Shown: in pieces, positions 37,126-50,017 of the stretch
Layout: every line of letters starts with the position of its first letter
How positions within the stretch are numbered: the stretch's first letter is position 1
Origin: Vermamoeba vermiformis
Lineage: Eukaryota
Length of the DNA stretch: 64,000 nt
NCBI GenBank assembly: GCA_045837725.1
Contig: JBEWZL010000202.1
Location: 1-64,000 of the forward strand
Direction: 5' to 3'
Position numbers and translations under genes: made by a program
The notes under the pieces: model-generated
What the model saw: the letters and a program-made list of their open reading frames with translations, nothing else
Told to the model about the DNA's origin: nothing
The model's database searches: none

Positions 37126-38356
37126 TTAGACACGCAGTTGTTGCATAGCATTCATGTCCTCTTCTTCGAGTGTGAAGCCAAATATGTTGATGTTGTCCCT
37201 CTGCAAGGCCGTGTTAGAAATAATGAAGTTTGGAGATATTAAAGCACGACGTACAATGTGATTGAGGCTGGTGGAGCGAGGCAGCACCACAATGTCTTGC
37301 TGTGTGAGCCACTTCAAAATGATCTGCGAGGGAGTGCGGTGATATTTCTGCGCGAGGTCTTGAACGACTGCGTGATTCATTGCGGCTTTGTTCAGACTAC
37401 TGTAAGCAGTGAATTGAATGTTGTGCTTGCGACAGAAGCTCAGCACTTCGCGGTCTTGCGAGTACGGGTCGTGGTGATTCTGCACCACGTGCGGCTTTAC
37501 TTTGGCAAAGTCCTAAACAGGCAAATTAGATCTGCAATCTGGAAACAATGAGTGCTTCAAGTTATATGTACCCAGAGCTCCTTCAATTGATTGATGTTGA
37601 AGTTAGACACGCCAATGCTCTTCAACACGCCGCTGTTGTACTTCTCTTCCAACACGCGCCACGACTCTTTCCACACTCCCTTCTTGTTCGCTATGTCTCC
37701 TGTGCACAAGTCACCCCAGCCTGTTTAGGATGAGAACGGATCCTACTGGAGTAATATGACTTACAGTCAGCATAGTGCAGCAACATCAGGTCAATGTAGG
37801 TGGTTTGAAGGTTGTGCAGCGACTTGTCAATGGACTGCTCGGCAGGGTCAGTGCCGTGGTCTTGCGGGTGTATCTTGGTGGTAATAAACACATTCGAGCG
37901 CGAGTAGCCGCCTGATGATAACAAATTGCCAATCACTCGCTCTGTCTTGTACCACGGGCCCGTGTCAGAAGCTGTATCGATGTGACGATAACCTGCAACC
38001 AGTCAATTAACACGATCGCGCACTCGCATCATAGCTCAAGGGCTTACCATAATCTAGGGCTGCTTTGATGGAGGTACTCGCCTTGTTGCCGAGAGCAGCA
38101 GTACCGAATCCAACTCTTGGAACTGTTTTCTAGTTTTTAGCCTTTACTTGATTTTTAAAATTTGCCCTGAAGACTTACTGCTTACGCCGTTTGATAGCAC
38201 TAAATTACGATCAGTAGCTTGATTTTTAAAATAGGCAGGAGGGATGCGATCTCCAAAATCGCCCTCGCTGTACGGTTGTATTCTGTACGAAGTAAATATG
38301 ACTATTAAAATTGCCAATACTATTCCTATCAACATAAATTGTTTAATCCTCCGCAT
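37126..38356 (-). CDS. aldo-keto reductase with N-terminal signal anchor
   Basis: GFGT, GYRHIDTA, FITTKI, YIDLMLLH, IGVSNF, VVQN, TPSQIILKW, VVLPRS; hydrophobic N-terminus. Confidence 0.9.
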
Positions 38357-38554
38357 TCTCTTATGTAGATCCACTGGGTAGCTGTCAGTATAGTTCTAGC
38401 TTGGTAGCCTATGCTCGCTAGTGCGCGATATAAACAGAGTCTATAAACAATAAGTTGTGGCGCTCAAGTTAATGTGCGCTCCAATTAAGTGCAACAAGTG
38501 ACAGGTGAGAAACGCGCCAAAATTACAGGTCAACTTTTAAATTAAAACCTTCAA

Positions 38555-40919
38555 ATGAGCGACACGACTGCGCCCAAGAATGCGTTTCAGTTCTTGATGA
38601 ACAACAAAAAATCTAAAAGTGATGCGGTTTCAGAGCCAAAGACGAAAAAGAGAAAACTAATTAATGTAGATCAACCCGAAGAAAACAAGGCAAAAAAGCC
38701 AAAGCCAGAGTTGTCGTTTATAATTAAAGATGAAACAGGGCTTGGAAACGAGAATTCAGAAAGCGTGTTTAATAAATTGGCACCCAAGCCTGGTAAGCCT
38801 AATTATGAATAATAAAATAATTCTGATCTACCTCTGACACCTCGTGATTAATAGCGGCATCGTTCAGTCCAAAAAAGAACAAAGCTAAAAAGAGCGCGAA
38901 ACTCTCTGGACCGACGGAGTACACAAACAAGATTTGTCACTTAATGCAGATCCGATCGGGAAGTGAAGTCACGTGGGCAACAGTATTCCTAGAGCCAGAA
39001 GCCGATGAAGAAGGAAAAGACAAAATCGAACTGTTAACTGGTGATAAATTCCAAGAATTAATGGGCGCGGATGATCACGAGGACGGTACCTCGAGCAACA
39101 ACTCTACCTCAGTGCAAGTGCCACACGTGCCCAACTTCTGTTGGTACTGGAAGCGTGCTTATAATGAAACAACTGTAGCAACATTTGGCACCGAGCCCTC
39201 GTCCCCTGTGCGTGCAGCTAGAACAAGATTGATGCATCCAACAACGCTCAATCCACTGTCACACGATGACATTGTAAAAAGTAAGCATTCAATGTTATAT
39301 GTCACACATACTAATTAACTAGATATTGATGACTACCGAACGATGAAGTGGGAGTGCGAGTCAGGACCAGTACAAGTGCGGAACTGTTACGGTCAAAATC
39401 GACACTTGGAAGTGCGCTTGACATCCAACGCAGCATTGAACGAGCACGCGATTGACTTGATGGACGCGTCGCTGCCTTCCAACAACTCTTGGAGCTGTCG
39501 ACTGTCCCCTTCAATCTTGAAGAGTCTCCTGCAGAAAACTATTCGTCGCTCACGTCCTGATGCGGCTGTACGCATAGCACTGCAACTGATCAAGATTAGG
39601 CACGTAGTATGCACTAGTAATAACATATGCATCAGTCTGACACTAGCTTAGCTTCATGGAGTACATCCGACGCATTATAATAATCATGTTCGAAGACGCG
39701 ATCTTGCACCCTTCACTGCCAGTGCTGACGTGGCTATTGATGGCAAACATCGATAACTACCACGAGGAAGAGAAGCAGGACGAAGAGGCTGGCGTGATTA
39801 GTTTTGGTCCGGGCAGTTCATCGTACAAAAAGCCACCGAGCTATTACAACTTGTCATTGCGCCGCGAGAACACACTCGCCATTAGTCCTGAACTGCTAAA
39901 CTATGCATTGCAAATAGGTACGTTACATTAATATTAGCGTAACTATCTAATCCTGTCTGTAGCGTATGACTTGGCTTCGGTACGATTCCGAGACACGTGT
40001 GATGTGCACGTGACACCGCCGGATGATATGAACGAGCACGCTGGCAGTGGTGATGAGATGGACGAGCGCATTGAGCAGCACGGGACATGGCCTAATGTGC
40101 AACACTTGGCACAACTGAAGCCCTTTGAAGCCAATCTAGTGCTTTGCATTCTAATCCGATCTTCGTTTGGAGGTATACTGGTGATGATCTTATAAATACC
40201 TTGTCTGAATATACTTCTTACGACAGGTATGACTGGTGACATGCTCATGTTGCGCCAGTACGCCAAGATATGGCACGCACGATTCAAACGCGAGCACGCA
40301 TTGCCTCCCATGATCACAGGCAACAACAATACTGATTGGCTCGCATGGTTGAAACAGATTCATTGCTTGAAGAGTCCTGTCACTGCAGGTCGTGCTTTTA
40401 TTGATTATCGGACTTTGGGGCCGATTGTGTATGAGGACTGTTTGCTGGCCGGCATTGATTTCCACTGCAGTCCTATGGTAATTAATCCTACTGTAATGTT
40501 AGATCTTATTACTAACGCAACATTGCAGCTCCAACAATTGCTGGAGGACACGGCTGCTAAGCGACTGATTGACGAGTTCATGCTGGAAAAGTTTAATACC
40601 ACATCGGATACTGAGATGCATTTGCGACACATGGTTTGGTGGTTTAGAAGGTACTGTATAATATTGCTACATCACACACAGTTCCGCTCATTTCCCATTT
40701 GACAGTTCCATCAACAACAAAGTCTCGATATATCCCGATCTGGAACGTAGCGAGGTACAAAAGGAGCACGATACGAAGATGACGCTGTTTCATTTGTTTG
40801 GGCAGTTGAGTCACAAACTGGATCTGATTTCAAGCCAGCAGTTTAGACGAGCAGTGTACCGACTGAAGCAGCCGAAGAATAACAGTAACGACAATACGCA
40901 CGCACCAGCCAAGAAGTAG
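38555..40919 (+). CDS. uncharacterised protein with MgsA/RarA C-terminal-like helical domain
   Basis: LKSLLQKTIRRSRPDAAV..RRIIIIMFED, GGMTGDMLML, GIDFHCSP; basic NLS-like N-terminus; multi-exon. Confidence 0.65.
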
Positions 40920-41460
40920 TGGCGTTGCAATTGCAACTACCACACAAATTATATGGGTCACAAAGTCCGAAAGAAGCGAGATATTCTCCGTTGACACGTT
41001 GCATGCACCAAATGGCAACGAGAACCGAAGCATGAACTGCCAGTGCGGTGTTACACCAATGTAAAAAAACAGTTGGCAGGTTGTTGGGACGATGGCAAAA
41101 GATATTACTCTTACATTGCCCTTCTATAAATTCAATTTTTGCACGTGTCCGAGGCAATTCATAGGATTTTCAGCAGCGTGACCGAAAAAGGAGTGAAACA
41201 TTAAATTTTCACCGAACTACCAGCCACTTCCAGTCCTTTTTGCCTTGCAAATTCATAGGACCGGCTCTGGCAACACAACGCAACTCGGGGAGTCTTCGAG
41301 GTTTAACGTATTGCACAACACGATCGGCGCTATTTATAAAAGTTGATCAAAGTGCCAAGCAATATAATAGTGCTAAAAATACTGTTAACAGATCGGGAAG
41401 ATTATTATTTACGCATTCCGTTATTACACTCTACAAAGCTAACGCAAGACAACTCGAAAA

Positions 41461-43179
41461 ATGACTCGTTTTGAAAAGAGCGGACAAGTTGGCTGGTACC
41501 ATGAACATGGCCTGCAAGGTAATTATACTCATAGTGTATATAAATAATTATCATTACGCCTGGCGCAACGGAATTTAATTTTTGATATAAATTCAAAAAT
41601 GGATCTAAAACTAAATGCATGGCATTATAGAGGGCTTTTTCCATACATACGATGCATTGCGTCTCGGACAAGTCGAAAGCCACAAAATTCATGTATTTTT
41701 ACCACGCGAATATGAAAGCAGCGAAGAACGATATCCAGTAGTATATATTAATGACGGAGACACCGTATTCTGGGCGGGATGGTCCCTCAAGTCCGCTAGG
41801 GTATGAAAATCTTCAAGTAGAAAATTAGATTTGAATTGGAAAAGCGAGATCTAATTGTGATTTCTGTTTAAGGTTGCGGAAACTTTGTCGGAATTATATA
41901 GAGCACGAGAAGTACCTAAAATGATCGTAGTTGCTATCGTTCCAGTCAACAGAGAGAACGGTAAGTCGCCATCTATAATTTCTTTTTCTACAAGGATCCA
42001 AAAACTGATAACGCGTCAGAATATACACATACTCAATGGTTCCCTCAACGACCATTCGGCGGATTAGACATATATGCCGATTACCTCGCTGAAGACTTAA
42101 AAGGTAAGTGCCCCATCGCGATCTGAAACATTCAATGAACGCGGAATTGAAGGGAGGTCGATCCAGATTAATTAATTCCGTATTCTTATAGCTTGGATCG
42201 ATGCAAACTACAGAACATTATCTGACCGTCAACATACTACACTCGCTGGCTGCTCTCACGGCGGTCTGGCTGCATTTTACACTGCTATGAAACATCCACA
42301 CAAATTTGGCAACGCTATTTGCATGTCGAGTTCATTTTGGGCGGGCTTAGATCTCGCTGACGGCACGCGAGCGAGTTCACTATCGCTGACCAATTCATTG
42401 CTAGTACAGGTAAGAAAGTCTGAACTAGACTCCGCTCGCGGAGCTTTCGTGTTATCTTTCCTCCGCAGTCAAACTGACAGGACACCCCTTATTTAGAAAA
42501 TCAAATCTACACTTCTTAGCAATATACGTCCTCGACTATGGATCGATTGGGGTCTGTACCGTGAAGGAGGCTTTCATAACGCAGAGCTTGAAGATTTGGC
42601 AACAATTAGAGGCCGCGAAATGGTCGACTTACTGTTGCGCGAGTACAAGTACAAGGTTAATCAAGAGATCTTTGTTTTTGAAGGTAAGTTGACAATGAAG
42701 ATAACACGTTGTGAAATTTATGACGATATTTATTTACACTTTTCCTTGTAGACAAAGCTGGAGGTCACGATGAGATTGCGTGGGGCCGTCGATTTAGATT
42801 TGCATTCAAAACATTATTGGGCACGCAGCCTATGATTACTGCTTCATACGGACCCAGTTCAGCCCCTCAGATCCACGTCAAACATCCCAACACCACTCAA
42901 AACCACAACAGCCTTAACACCAGTAGCTCCGCCATTCGTCGGGTCTCGTCAGCACCAATCAATGCACGCGCAGCTTCACCATCGAACAACAGTGTGAACA
43001 GTGGCTATCTCAGCAGCAGCGGTTCACGCTCGAATTGCTCGACTCCTATTTCAGTAGACAGTGACGACGAAGAGGAGGAACGACGTTCTATTGCCCCGAG
43101 CTATAAGACTGGTCACATGACCAATCACTCCATTTCTATCCCCATTGTCGCTGGGAGAAGGTATTCAGTTCAATCGTAA
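41461..43179 (+). CDS. alpha/beta-hydrolase, Fes/IroE-like putative esterase
   Basis: IHVFLPREY..RYPVVYINDG, WIDANYR, GCSHGG nucleophile elbow, SSSFW, GHDEIAWGRR; Ser-rich tail; multi-exon. Confidence 0.85.
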
Positions 43180-43376
43180 ATATGAAGTGGATCCGACCCA
43201 GTAATTATTTATTTTGAATTGTTGCATCATTGTGTTGTAATATTGAATGTACATAATAAATAATAACCCCTTCTGATGCTGAGGGGTTTCCGCGGAACTT
43301 CGTGCGACATATTTTCTGTTTGGATTCAGGCGGCATTCAGCTCATTTGCACAATAAGACTAAGACACTGACTAACC

Positions 43377-46300
43377 ATGGAAAAGTCAAAGCTCAATAAC
43401 AATAATATAGATGATATGGAAGTTGACGAAGGTGATAGTGACGAGGGCTTAGAGCAGGACTTCTCGTTGGACGATCTAAATCCACAAAACTTACCGATTG
43501 ATTTTGAGGATGATGACGACGAAGATGAGGATGAAGATCAATTGACCATTGGTTCTCCGTATGTAGAGTTTAAAATTAATTTTTTTATAATTATTAAAAA
43601 TTCTGCGGTGGATCGCAGCGTAATTTCGGCATTTCATTTAGCATATTTTACATCAATTTTATATTAAAAAAATTAACTGTATTTTTAGGGAAAAACAGGC
43701 GAGACGAGCATTGTATGGCGCGGGAATCGATGAAATAGCTTCTGAGCTGCCAATTGGCAAAAAGAAAAAGAAGGCATGTCTCGTGCACAAATATAACACC
43801 ATTATTAATATTTCCAAAAGGGTGGTAAAAGGGGTACTCGTTCCAAATTGCCGCCGCATCTGGCGCGCATTATGGGAGAAGCCAATCTTGCGTATGCTTC
43901 ACAAGAGTTTCAACGCGCTATTGAACTGTTGCACGAAGTTGTGAAGCAGAATCCAAACGTCTCTGATCCCTATCACACACTCGGCTTGATCCACGAAGAA
44001 ATGGGTCAGAACGAGAAAGCCGCTCAATTCTTTATGATTGCTGCACACTTGACGCGCAAAGATGCATCGTTGTGGCGCCGTGTTGCCATGCTCTCCAAGG
44101 TACGTACCTTGTTATTGTGATGAGTGCTCGTGTAGCAACTGACACGCGTTGACATTTAGAGCATTGGCAACATTTCAGAAGCAGTCTACTGCTACACCAA
44201 GGCCTTGAAATTAGAGCCCGGTGATCTCGAGTCATTGTACCAGCGTGCATTGTTATATGAAGAAACGGGTGAGCATAAGAAAGCTACTGAGAGCTTGCAG
44301 CAGTTATTGAAACAACGACCCAACGATCCTGAAGTGTCAAAAGAATTGGCCAAGGTACGCGACTGATATTGTTAATAAGCAATTATTTATCCCTATTTAG
44401 CTGTACCACGCTACACAACAAACAGACAAAGCAGTGGCAGTGTTAGAAGAGACATTCAAAAACAACGAGCAATTAGATCTGGATCTCGTGAACATGTTAG
44501 CGGAACTGTTGATGGGCATGGGTCACTTTGACAGAGCCCAACAAGTGATCAATCAAGCACAGCGACGATACAACAACGCAACACTGCCACTCGATTTGAC
44601 AGTCAATTACGGCATTTGTCAAGCTTATTTGGGCAATCTCACCGCTGCTGCTGTAAGTACTTGCCAAATATAGTAATCGTGCTTTAACGCGGTTTCGAAT
44701 GCAGAGAAGCTTTGACAAATTGATGGAACAAGATGTGATGGCATTCGGTGACTTGTTTTACAGTGTGGCTGAGACTTATGCAGCGGTATGATACGATTAA
44801 ATTTACGTTGAATAATAGTGAAATAACACCGATATTAGTTGGGTGACTCAGACACAGCCATTAGTTACTACGAAGAACTGATTAAGAACGAGCAATACAA
44901 TCAACCAGCTGTTTGGGCCAAGATTGCACGGTGTTACAAATTGACCGAGAAGTGGCGCGAGGCTGTTAATTACTACCGACGAGGTATTAATACTATATAA
45001 TTAATGATGAGTACTAACAGTATTTCAGTTTGCGAGGCATTGCCAGACAATCTAGAGTCATGTTTAGCCCTAATAGATTTGTACAAACAACTCAAAGACA
45101 ATCGTGCAGCACTCGAAGTCGCGGACAGATATTTGGCATTTTACGATCACATTGCAGCGACTGGACAGGAAGGCGAGCGAGACTTGCGCGTGCCTGTGCT
45201 GAAGTTCATGATGCACTATGAACTCGGCGAATACGATGCCTGTCTCGCTGTTAGCATGCCTATATTAGGCAATGCTGATTTAAGACCATACGAGAAACGA
45301 GTACGTGAGACAATATTATGACCATCTTTTACTGACCTGTCAATAGATCCGTAAGAAAGGTGACGGCACTGGTCGTAAAGGCCGCAAGAAAGCTGAAGGT
45401 GAAGACAAGGCCAAGAAATCAAAGAAGAAAGAAGAGGAGAGCGAGGACGATGAGGACGAGGACAAAGAGAAGTCGATGCACGAAGGACAGACCAATGTTG
45501 AAGAGGGTGTGGAGCACAAAGAGGGCGAGACAGTGGAACAAGCGAAGAGAAAGAGTATCGTCGATTACATAGGCTCTGAGAGGTACTATCACTTGGTCTC
45601 CAAGTCGAGCAAAATACTCGTCTACTTTGATCGGTATCGCGAGGCATTTGTCGTCATGAAAGATGCACTCGACTTCATTCGCAACAACGAGCGCGTGAGA
45701 CTTCATCTCGATCACTTGCATCAGCTCAAATATCAAGGTGCCAGTAAGTAGCTAGCATTCGAAATAGATTGACACGTGCTAATATTAATTAGAAATCGCA
45801 TGTCATTTGGGAGAGTACACTGTGGCCAATGAATGGCTGCGCGCTGTGTGCACGAACAGACCGCACAACATGGCACTGTGGAACTTGTTCTATCAAGTCA
45901 TGACCAAGTACGTGCAGATATTCTTAACTCAATACAACTAACAATGTCTTTAGACTGGGCCGTTGGACGTACAGCACACGCTGGATGTTGCGATTGCGCG
46001 CACGATATCCCGATTGTGCAGCGCTGTGGCTGTTGACGGCACACCACGCACTCACTGCTGGCTCACTGCGCTTAGCCCTGGCTGATTACAGTCCTGCACT
46101 GCGACTGCGTGCTGATGCGCCCTTGCCAGCCTTAGCCATGGCCATCACGTTGCTCTCACTGTCAACTTCACGCAGACAACCTGACCGTAACGGCACTGTG
46201 ATGCAAGCCTTTGCTTTCTTTGCCAAATACGTCGAGCTGACCAATCGATCGCAAGAAGCAGTGTACAACTTGGCACGTGCTTGTCAAGGTCTAGGTCTGC

Positions 46301-46464
46301 GTCACTTCGCCGTGGAGCTGTACGAAGAGGTGTTGGCGTGGAAGTACGAAGAGAACTCTGAGAGCTTGAAGCGAGAGGCAGCGTACAATTTGAGTCTGAT
46401 TTATCAAGCGAGTGGCAACTTGGATCTGGCGAGACAAGTGTTGCGTGATCACATCACTATTTAA
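43377..46464 (+). CDS. GTF3C3: TFIIIC subunit 3 (Tfc4/TFIIIC102) TPR protein
   Basis: Acidic N-terminus, IMGEANLAYA, TPRs, QEAVYNLARA and KREAAYNLSLIY C-terminus. Confidence 0.9.
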
Positions 46465-46664
46465 ATATGAGATCAATAGTGAATCAGTCAACTATAAGAT
46501 AAACAGTCAGCATCAATTGACAGCAGCCAAGGAGCAGAGCGAGATACGGAGGAAGTCGAAAAGGTTGTGCTATATCATTCGATAATAATGGAGATCACAC
46601 ACATGTAATTAAACGATGTTGTCGTCTGGAACTATTATGTACATTGTGTTTATTGCTGTGCAGT

Positions 46665-48187
46665 TCAAATACTCTTCGTCGTGAGAATTAAAAATACAGT
46701 GTTGCCGTTGATCGAGGTGGATTTGAGTCGTTTCAAATCAATCAACGAGAGCAATATTATCTGCGTCTTATCACCCGTGTTGAACACACTTTGCAGCTCT
46801 TCTTTGGTGATGTAGCCTGCATCTTCTTGGCCTGCAAACCGCTTGTCGGTCACAAACTCGTTGATTTGTTCGATCAGCTTGTTCAGCTCGTCAAAACTGA
46901 TCTTGCTCTTCAATATCGCGCGCAGATTTTGCATCTCTTCTGCTTCGATCATTTCCATCAACGGGAATATCGTGTCTGCAGGGGGAAGTTATCAGTACAC
47001 CATTCAAATACTTGATAATTGGATTGTATTTACCTGGATTGGAGTTGTTTGACTTCTTTTTGCCGCTTTTTTTCTTTTTCTCGCGCACTTCAATGTTTGC
47101 ATTGTTCATGAAATCTGCGGGCACGTGATCACTCGTAGAACTGACGATTTCAACTGGCTTTGTTGTAGTACTCGTGCTGACACTTGGCGCAACACTCGGT
47201 TTGACACTTGAAGTGTTCGTTGTGGCAGGTGCAGTGACACTTTTGACACTTGTTGACACGTTACTGCTCGGCACTGATTTGACACTGTCTGTTGGTTTAG
47301 CACTGGCAGCACTAGTGACACTCGGTGCAGGACTCGGTTTGACACCTGTCACAGCTGTTTCAGTGAACGACAGTCCTCGCTGCACGGATGACAGCTCTGA
47401 TTTGCGGGCAGATTTGTCGTCGGTGAGTGACGCGAGTGTTGATTCTGAGATGCCAAAGTCCTCTGCAAATACGTGGTTATTACCAAATATAGTAATCTCG
47501 TTCATGAATCAATCAATCGTACCTAGTGTTGGTGTAGGCGGGTCATCAGGATCGCTAGTGAACTTGGTCGGGGTCCTAAAACAGAATAAATGAGCATATA
47601 TGGGTATAGAGCACATTAATATATTACATGTAGCCTAGTTTGGCAGCGAGAGTTGATTTTGTAGCGGATGGAGGCACTTTCTTTTCAGAATAAATTTCAG
47701 TTGGTTTCTGTTCGTTGCGCAATGTTTTAGGTTTGTGTCCCTGTGCTTGAAGGTGTTCGTCGAGCTTGTCTATATAGCGCTCGGTCTGTAATTGAAATTC
47801 TTTCATTTGTGTCAAAAAATTGAATTGGCTGCTCAGATCTACAATCGCCATGGCCTTATTAAAGGTTAATAATCTTGTTAACAATAATAATCATATATTT
47901 TCATGCATACCTCGTTGGTCTCGCGCACTTTGTCGTCGAGTTCATTTATTTTGTTTTCAAGATCATCAAAATACGAATATAAATTTACACCTACAGAGTA
48001 TATATGATTATTTTATGCATTCCAATAATATATTAAATTTATAATTACCTGAATTAGATTTATTTACACCAATCTCAATGCGATCCACTCGATTTTTCAA
48101 ATCCTCTGCTTCGCGCACTACACTCGTTGTCGTTGAGCGGAATTCGCTAAAGAATTTTGTGACATGATAGCCTAGACTAACTTCCAT
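46665..48187 (-). CDS. SKA3: spindle and kinetochore-associated protein 3-like
   Basis: N-terminal coiled coil ending QGHKP, TPTLEDFGISE motif, low-complexity linker, C-terminal winged-helix-like domain. Confidence 0.7.
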
Positions 48188-48297
48188 GGCTTAGTGCGCT
48201 ACCCTTTGCTGTATTATTGAAATAATATTTGAATTTTTACCCGGTTTTTGGCGCGAAATCGAATTTGAAATTTATTACAATATAATACAGTTATTTA

Positions 48298-49724
48298 TTA
48301 CGCAACGAGGTTAGGCGAGTATTGTTTCATTTGTCTCTCAACAGCCTGATCTAAAATGGCAATATTCTCTTTCAAAGCATAAATTTCGTTTTGATCCAGA
48401 TCTGCTGAGGCAAAAAGCGCTTCCATTTTGTTATTCTGAGTCAATTTAGCATATGAGCTCTTCATATCATCGAGTCCTTGTAGTAACTGCGAATAATACA
48501 CGTTAGTTCTCATGGAAAAGTCTGCGCTGTAAACAGATTGAACTGGATTTGTATTAAAAAGAAGGGAAGAACGTACTCGAATGATATCCTGATAAGCACT
48601 ATGAACTTTCTCGGCAGCAGGACCTACGCCGTTGAGTTGTGGCTGTGGCTGATTGGTCCAAGAGTAGATTTGAGTGTCGTACACTTCAGCGAACTGTTTC
48701 ATCGCAGCAACGAGCTGTTCTGCTTGCGAGGACATCTCTTGTTGCATAGAGCGCATCTCTCGCACATTAGGCAGCGTTGTTCCTTGTGGAATCTGAACAC
48801 ATCTAACGTCAGTACGCGCTCGAAAAATATTTTCCTTTAAACGCAATCGATTTCATTACTGTCCATATAAATTACTAAATAGCTCAGCACTTACTTGTTC
48901 GTTGATTTGTTCGAGCTGAGCAAGCAGTTGTTGTCGATTTTGATCCAGATCTTGAATTGTCTGCTTTAATTCGCCGATGCTAGGAACGCTAGTGATTGTC
49001 CAACGTTAGAAATATACTTTTAAATGGTGTTTGTTTATCATACGCAGCGGTTTTGGTCTTGGCAGCAGCAATGAGTGGCTGCATGTGCGCTGGAAACAGA
49101 TTGGGTTCGTCTTCAAACAGTCGCTTTTGATCGCGTGCTACGTGGCTTAACAATTGTACATCGCGAGTCATTTGTTCCTCGACACTGATAATAGAAGAGC
49201 ATTAGCGTAACGAAAATTAATTGGTAATGGATCTTATCTTCAGAAATGAATTTAAACTCTTGCGCTTATTTGACTATACAGATATAATGTACCTCGATTG
49301 GAATGTAATGTCTCTATCGAGCAGCACGAGGTCTGCAAGGGCATTGAGGATCTGTAGCTTTTGTTGCGCTGAAATTTGACCCTGATTCAATTAGTAAGCA
49401 AGATATGTCCATGTTTAAATATGGAAAAAGTACCTGTGCTACTGTTGTATCATTTGCGTTGGCGAGACCAATAATATTGAGGATTGAAGTCAGATCTAAT
49501 AAAAAATAAATTAATTATTTGATCCTACGAATTAGACTCTTACCTTTATATTTGCTTTGTTCATCTCCAGTGTTTTTATAAATAGAATTAAATAAATCCA
49601 TGTCATAGCTCTTCAATAACCATTCTAGAACTTCAATCCAAGTTTCTTGCATCTGCAACAGATTTATATTTAAATCACCGAACGGTGAGCCGAGCTCAGC
49701 CAATTGCGCTGACAATCTATCCAT
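48298..49724 (-). CDS. HAUS7: augmin/HAUS subunit 7-like
   Basis: VLEWLL, SVEEQMTRDVQLL..LFEDEPNLFP and FAEVYDTQIYSWT..PQLNGVGPAA resemble plant AUG7 motifs. Confidence 0.78.
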
Positions 49725-50017
49725 ATTTTACAAATAATATACAGGTGTGTTATCACTCTCGCACGAATTTAAAAAGCTACAACGGTCTCATGGCGCGAAA
49801 AATCAAAAGGAATAAATTGGCAGCCAACTCGCTTCCAATTTATTCTCGATTCTTGATTCTTTTTTTGTGTTACTCACGTACACTTAGTATTATTGCGCCA
49901 ATTTCGAGTTTGTTGGTCTTGTGGATCACCGTTACACCGAGGACCCAATCCCGAGCTTGAAGTGGAGATTTATAACAATACTACGCACCAAAATATAAAG
50001 TATATCGATAAAATACT

